A stretch of DNA of 64,000 nt, from assembly GCA_951406725.2 (NCBI GenBank), contig OX597831.1:51398001-51462000 (forward strand), read 5' to 3'. The position numbers and the translations under genes were made by a program. Origin of the DNA: Octopus vulgaris. Its lineage: Eukaryota. Numbering within the stretch: position 1 is the first letter of the stretch; every line of letters begins with the position of its first letter. Below the pieces are notes generated by a model. The model was not told the origin of the DNA, did no database searches, and saw nothing but the letters and a program-made list of their open reading frames with translations. Below, in pieces: positions 61,001 through 64,000 of the stretch.

Positions 61001-62822
61001 AGATAACCAGCCAGTTATGGGAGGTAAAAAAAAAAAGTGGGGTGAGGGGCAACATAAAAGCAGTATAACAAATAATGATAAACTTTCTAACCTTCTTTCT
61101 CTTTCTAATCTCTTTCTCCTTGCATCTTCCTCCTCCTCCTCAACATTGTCTTTATTTTCAGAAGCTGATGTAGTAGATTTATTAATACTGCTGGCACCCC
61201 CAGTTGACCCAGCCTTATCATCACGAACAGGCCGTTTTTCTTTTGTTTTCTCCTACATAGACACAAGATATAAACAAACAGTTCACTTTTATGTACTCAA
61301 ATACACCAAGTTTAAGAATTAAACACAATCCAAAACAAAATTCAAATTATTAAAACTGAAGAAAGCCATCAAGGAGACAGGCATGGCAGCTAAAACCAGC
61401 TCAAGTGGTTGACAAGGGACTGCAGGTGGAACCCTTTCACAGGCAAAGACTAATTCAGTCTTCACTGCCCCACTCAGGCGAAGCGTACACGTTAAGGGTG
61501 GGTGGGTGAAACGTCTGTGACCCTAAGATACCCACTGATGATACAGAAGGGTGATACATTCAGAAGAAGAGTTTGCAATGCCTCTAAGTAGCTCCTGTAG
61601 TTTCTATGTTTATTTCAACCCCAGGGTTAGCCAATTGATGGCTTAATACACCAAATATGCACCCAAGCTAAAAAAAAGATGAATTTATAATAAAGACATA
61701 GGTCAGTAGGTTTATATTGTTTACACATAAAACAAAAACATAAATGACACTGAGAAAATAACGCTATAATCAATATGCATGTATTGCACATGGCTCAGTG
61801 GCTTGAGTGTTGGGTTCACAATCATGAAGTAATGAGTTCAATTCCCAGACCAAGATGTGTGTTGCGTTCTTGAGCAAGACACTTCATTTCATGTTGTTCC
61901 AGTTCACTCAGCTGTAGAAACGAGTTGTGATGTCACTGGTGCCAAGCTATATCAGGCTTTGCCTTTCCCTTGGATAATATCGGTGACAAGAAGGGAGGCT
62001 GGTATGCATGGGCGACTGTTGGTCTTCCATAAACAACCTAGCCGGGATTTGTGCCTTGAAGGGGTATTTACTTTGCCCAAGGTGCCACGCAGTGGGACTG
62101 AACCCGGAACCATGTGGTTGGTAAGCAAGCTACTTAGCATACAGTCACTCCTGCGCCTGAATAATTAAGAAACACAGTGAAATAAAGATAACTATTATAG
62201 GATTACCTCTTTCTTAATTTCTTTAACTTTTTCTTTTAATTTTTCTTTCCTGTTGATTTCTTTCATTTTATTCTTGGCTACTTCCTGTGGTTTATTCTAA
62301 GATGTAAGTAAACAGATTAGAACAAATTACAAGTGATGCCATTTTAATCAGATGAATTTAAAGAATACAATTCTAGAAAGGTATTAAAAAAAAAAAAATG
62401 AAAAATAAACCAAGCAACATTATAACAGTAATTACCTTCTTATTCTTCTCTACTTCTTTCAGATTTTTTTCCTTCTCAGCAGGTGTTGATACTGACTTCT
62501 CACTTTTATCATCCCCAGGCACATCATCTGCTATATTGGCATCCTCGTCATCATCGAGATCAAAGTCTTTTTTCAGTTGCTTAGAAGGTCCCTTCTTTTT
62601 ACGACGGCCAATCTCTTCCTCGCTATCTACTTCATCCTTAACAGCTGCCGTTGGAGTCTTTTTCTGCTCTTCTTCATCCGTGTCTTTTGCCCCAGGGCTG
62701 TCATCTTTATCTTTATCCTTAGAGACACTCTTGGTGTCTTCTGGTTCGGCCGGAGTTTTTTCTTCTTCGGAATCAGAATCTACTTTCTTAGCTTTTTTTC
62801 TGTTTTTATTTACTGGAGTTTC
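48881..62822 (-). CDS. HDGFL2: LEDGF/PSIP1-HDGFL2 (HRP-2) family chromatin reader, 3' part; exons in transcript order 62822-62436, 62296-62207, 61252-61092, 59800-59727, 58585-58515, 56938-56837, 56051-55947, 54237-54141, 52106-50692, 49099-48881 (906 aa in window; 5' exons with the expected PWWP domain are outside the window)
   Basis: The spliced translation contains TESTLIQMDNEIKKSLQIDKTDVDKCIAIMEDLEALPVTQIMLKKNPDIMNTIKKIRKYKGSEKIKKKAEVIYHKFKNLFMVAEGESFSQ, a clear LEDGF integrase-binding domain preceded by a K/E/D-rich region. All introns are GT-AG with matching phases. The gene is probably co-orthologous to PSIP1 and HDGFL2, so the symbol is approximate. Confidence 0.9.
49345..49564. mobile_element. 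220-bp piggyBac-type MITE sharing TIRs with the 39351 element
   Basis: TTAA-CCCTTTCATTAC ... GTAACGAAAGGG-TTAA. Confidence 0.85.
50692..52106 (-). CDS. HDGFL2: large 1415-nt exon encoding an S/T-rich then Q/P/S/H-rich low-complexity region
   Basis: cccctag| acceptor in phase 1 joins the frame of ORF 50665..52053; donor GAG|GTATTT after EEEEMLE. Confidence 0.88.
54141..54237 (-). CDS. HDGFL2: post-IBD exon (VFNRETAEFKKQLEKEERDRKDKENKENEIKP)
   Basis: tttaag| acceptor, G|GTAATA donor, phase 0/1. Confidence 0.88.
54500..54893 (-). mobile_element. SINE family 1 inserted into a TTAA MITE
   Basis: Near-identical to 11583-12001; MITE halves at ~54453-54482 and ~54910-55081. Confidence 0.85.
55139..55358. 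mobile_element. TTAA MITE family 2 (TIR about CCCTTTAGCATT, ~220 bp); other copies near 7867-8080, 9750-9950, 42190-42410, 42527-42745, 53730-53860, 59526-59670
   Basis: TTAA-CCCTGTAGCATTT ... AAATGCAAAAGGG-TTAA; the same internal sequence (gtagggtaggtgtgagaggccagatctgg...aacataaaacaggtagaata) recurs many times. Confidence 0.82.
55634..55870 (+). mobile_element. possible non-autonomous Helitron 5' fragment
   Basis: Begins TCTATATATATAAA followed by (TG)n, a common Helitron 5' architecture; no CTAG 3' end seen. Confidence 0.3.
55947..56051 (-). CDS. HDGFL2: IBD exon 3 (IRKYKGSEKIKKKAEVIYHKFKNLFMVAEGESFSQ)
   Basis: tctatag| acceptor, CAG|GTAATA donor; resembles LEDGF IRRFK...YNKFKNMF.VGEG. 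Confidence 0.94.
56837..56938 (-). CDS. HDGFL2: IBD exon 2 (DVDKCIAIMEDLEALPVTQIMLKKNPDIMNTIKK)
   Basis: ttgcag| acceptor, AAG|GTAAAA donor. Confidence 0.93.
58515..58585 (-). CDS. HDGFL2: IBD exon 1 (FLQTESTLIQMDNEIKKSLQIDKT)
   Basis: ttccag| acceptor, ACA|GTAAGT donor; IBD helix 1. Confidence 0.92.
58750..58955 (+). mobile_element. 5'-truncated RTE-tail copy
   Basis: Matches 28830-29035. Confidence 0.82.
59727..59800 (-). CDS. HDGFL2: LEDGF/HDGFL2-like exon (RHDKEEEKERKKKEKFEKKKKEKIQ)
   Basis: tttcag| acceptor, T|GTGAGA donor, phase 2/1 fits both neighbours. Confidence 0.87.
60521..60916 (-). mobile_element. SINE family 1, full length
   Basis: Same family sequence; explains ORFs 60549, 60634 and 60689. 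Confidence 0.85.
61092..61252 (-). CDS. HDGFL2: LEDGF/HDGFL2-like exon (EKTKEKRPVRDDKAGSTGG...EEEEEDARRKRLERER)
   Basis: atgtag| acceptor, AG|GTTAG donor, phase 0/2. Confidence 0.86.
62207..62296 (-). CDS. HDGFL2: LEDGF/HDGFL2-like exon (NKPQEVAKNKMKEINRKEKLKEKVKEIKKE)
   Basis: ttag| acceptor, GAG|GTAATC donor, phase 0/0. Confidence 0.85.
62436..62822 (-). CDS. HDGFL2: LEDGF/HDGFL2-like exon (ETPVNKNRKKAKKVDSDSEEE...EVEKNKK), charged disordered region
   Basis: tttatag| acceptor, AAG|GTAATT donor, 129 open codons. Confidence 0.88.
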
Positions 62823-64000
62823 CTATAAAGTGGAAGTACAAAGTAGGTAAAAAAAAAAAATGAAAATTCATTAATCTTTAATCAACAAGTCAGTGAAAGT
62901 CATTAATAATACTGCATCTTTGATATAAAGAAGTTAATATAACTAATGTTACAATGACTACTACAGCTGCTTTTGTAGGATATGGGGAGATACAATATTA
63001 GTGTTAATAATCTTGGAGTATATGAATCCTTCCTTCCTTTCAGTGCACTAATTCTACAAAGTGATCTTAATTTTCTTTTTCATTTCACAAAGGTTTTAGC
63101 AATAAAAGAATGATCATTGCACATTCATACTCAAAACAAATGTGTTGGTATTTTGTTGTGAATAAAACTGCTCTAGGTGCAATCTAGCCTAACCAGCCAT
63201 GCAAAATAGCCTTGCCTTATCAAGGCAATATTAACATAATAAGTATAGAAAAAATTGTTTTCGTCATATACTAATTCAATAAAATCTATTTCCAATCAAA
63301 TATTGGTTGTGTACATACATTACTACTTCTTTAGAATGACAACAGTCTATAAATATAAGATTAAATTGACTGTATTTGTCTAGAGTACAGAACCAAAGTC
63401 ATGCTAACATAAGATGCCTTATATTGTCTTCAGTAAAAAGAAAGATGACATTAAATAATGTATCTGAATTATATTATCATTATTTAACATCTACATATCG
63501 ATGCTTGCATGAGTTAGATCAGATGGAATTTGCTGAGGCAGATTTTCTATGACCAGATACCCTTCCTGTTGCCAATCTTTACTTGTTTACAAGCAAGGTA
63601 ATATTTCCCATGGCCAGACATTTCTTTCCATGTTTGCTTTCAGTCTTCATCATGATGATCATGATTAATCAAAATGAACAACATGCACGACAGTGATGTT
63701 TATTAACAAACATTACATGTCTAGACAAAGATACACACAAATTGCATAATTACACTCAAACATACATACATACATAATATACTTCTTTCAGTTTCTGTCT
63801 ACCATATCTCCTCACACAGCCTTGATTGGCTTGGGGCTATAGTAGAAGACACTTGCCCAAGTGAACCCACAAGCACATGGTTGGGAAGTAAACTTCTTAA
63901 CCACAGTTACACCTGTGTGTGTGTGTATATATATATACACACACACATCATCATCATCATTTAACGTCTGTTTTCCATGCTGGCATGGGTTGAACAGTTT

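Noticed and set aside
61350-61545. Hammerhead-like words CTGAAGA...GCCAT/ATGGC and GAAACGTC...CTGATGA
   Set aside because: The first lacks GAAA after stem II, and the second cannot close stems I and II properly.

Overview
AT-rich, intron-rich animal genomic DNA. The SINE/MITE families and microsatellite load suggest an octopus (coleoid cephalopod); this is inferred, not proven. Two protein-coding genes can be rebuilt exon by exon with GT-AG sites and consistent phases. (1) A complete MYG1 (UPF0160, DHH-family exonuclease) gene on +, 8 coding exons, 17962..35219, 380 aa, including a separate presequence-like first exon. (2) The 3' part (10 exons, 906 aa) of a LEDGF/PSIP1-HDGFL2 family gene on -, with a clear integrase-binding domain, a ~575-aa low-complexity tail and a probable ~5.5-kb 3' UTR; its 5' exons lie beyond the window. 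The rest is mostly mobile DNA: three tRNA-derived SINE families, RTE LINE 3' fragments with internal tandem repeats, an internally deleted piggyBac with matching TTAA MITEs, hAT MITEs and Tc1/mariner remnants. The most unusual signals are: an inverted-repeat cluster in MYG1 intron 1 (interleaved inverted repeats, a 686-bp loopless palindrome, a foldback element, an inverted tRNA-like pair, a degenerate hammerhead); tandem H-type pseudoknot-forming units in the RTE 3' UTR; an acidic FxGF (IBD/TND-binding-like) motif in the piggyBac transposase N-terminus; and a young 5 x 216-bp array. Most short ORFs in the supplied track are repeat or microsatellite artefacts.
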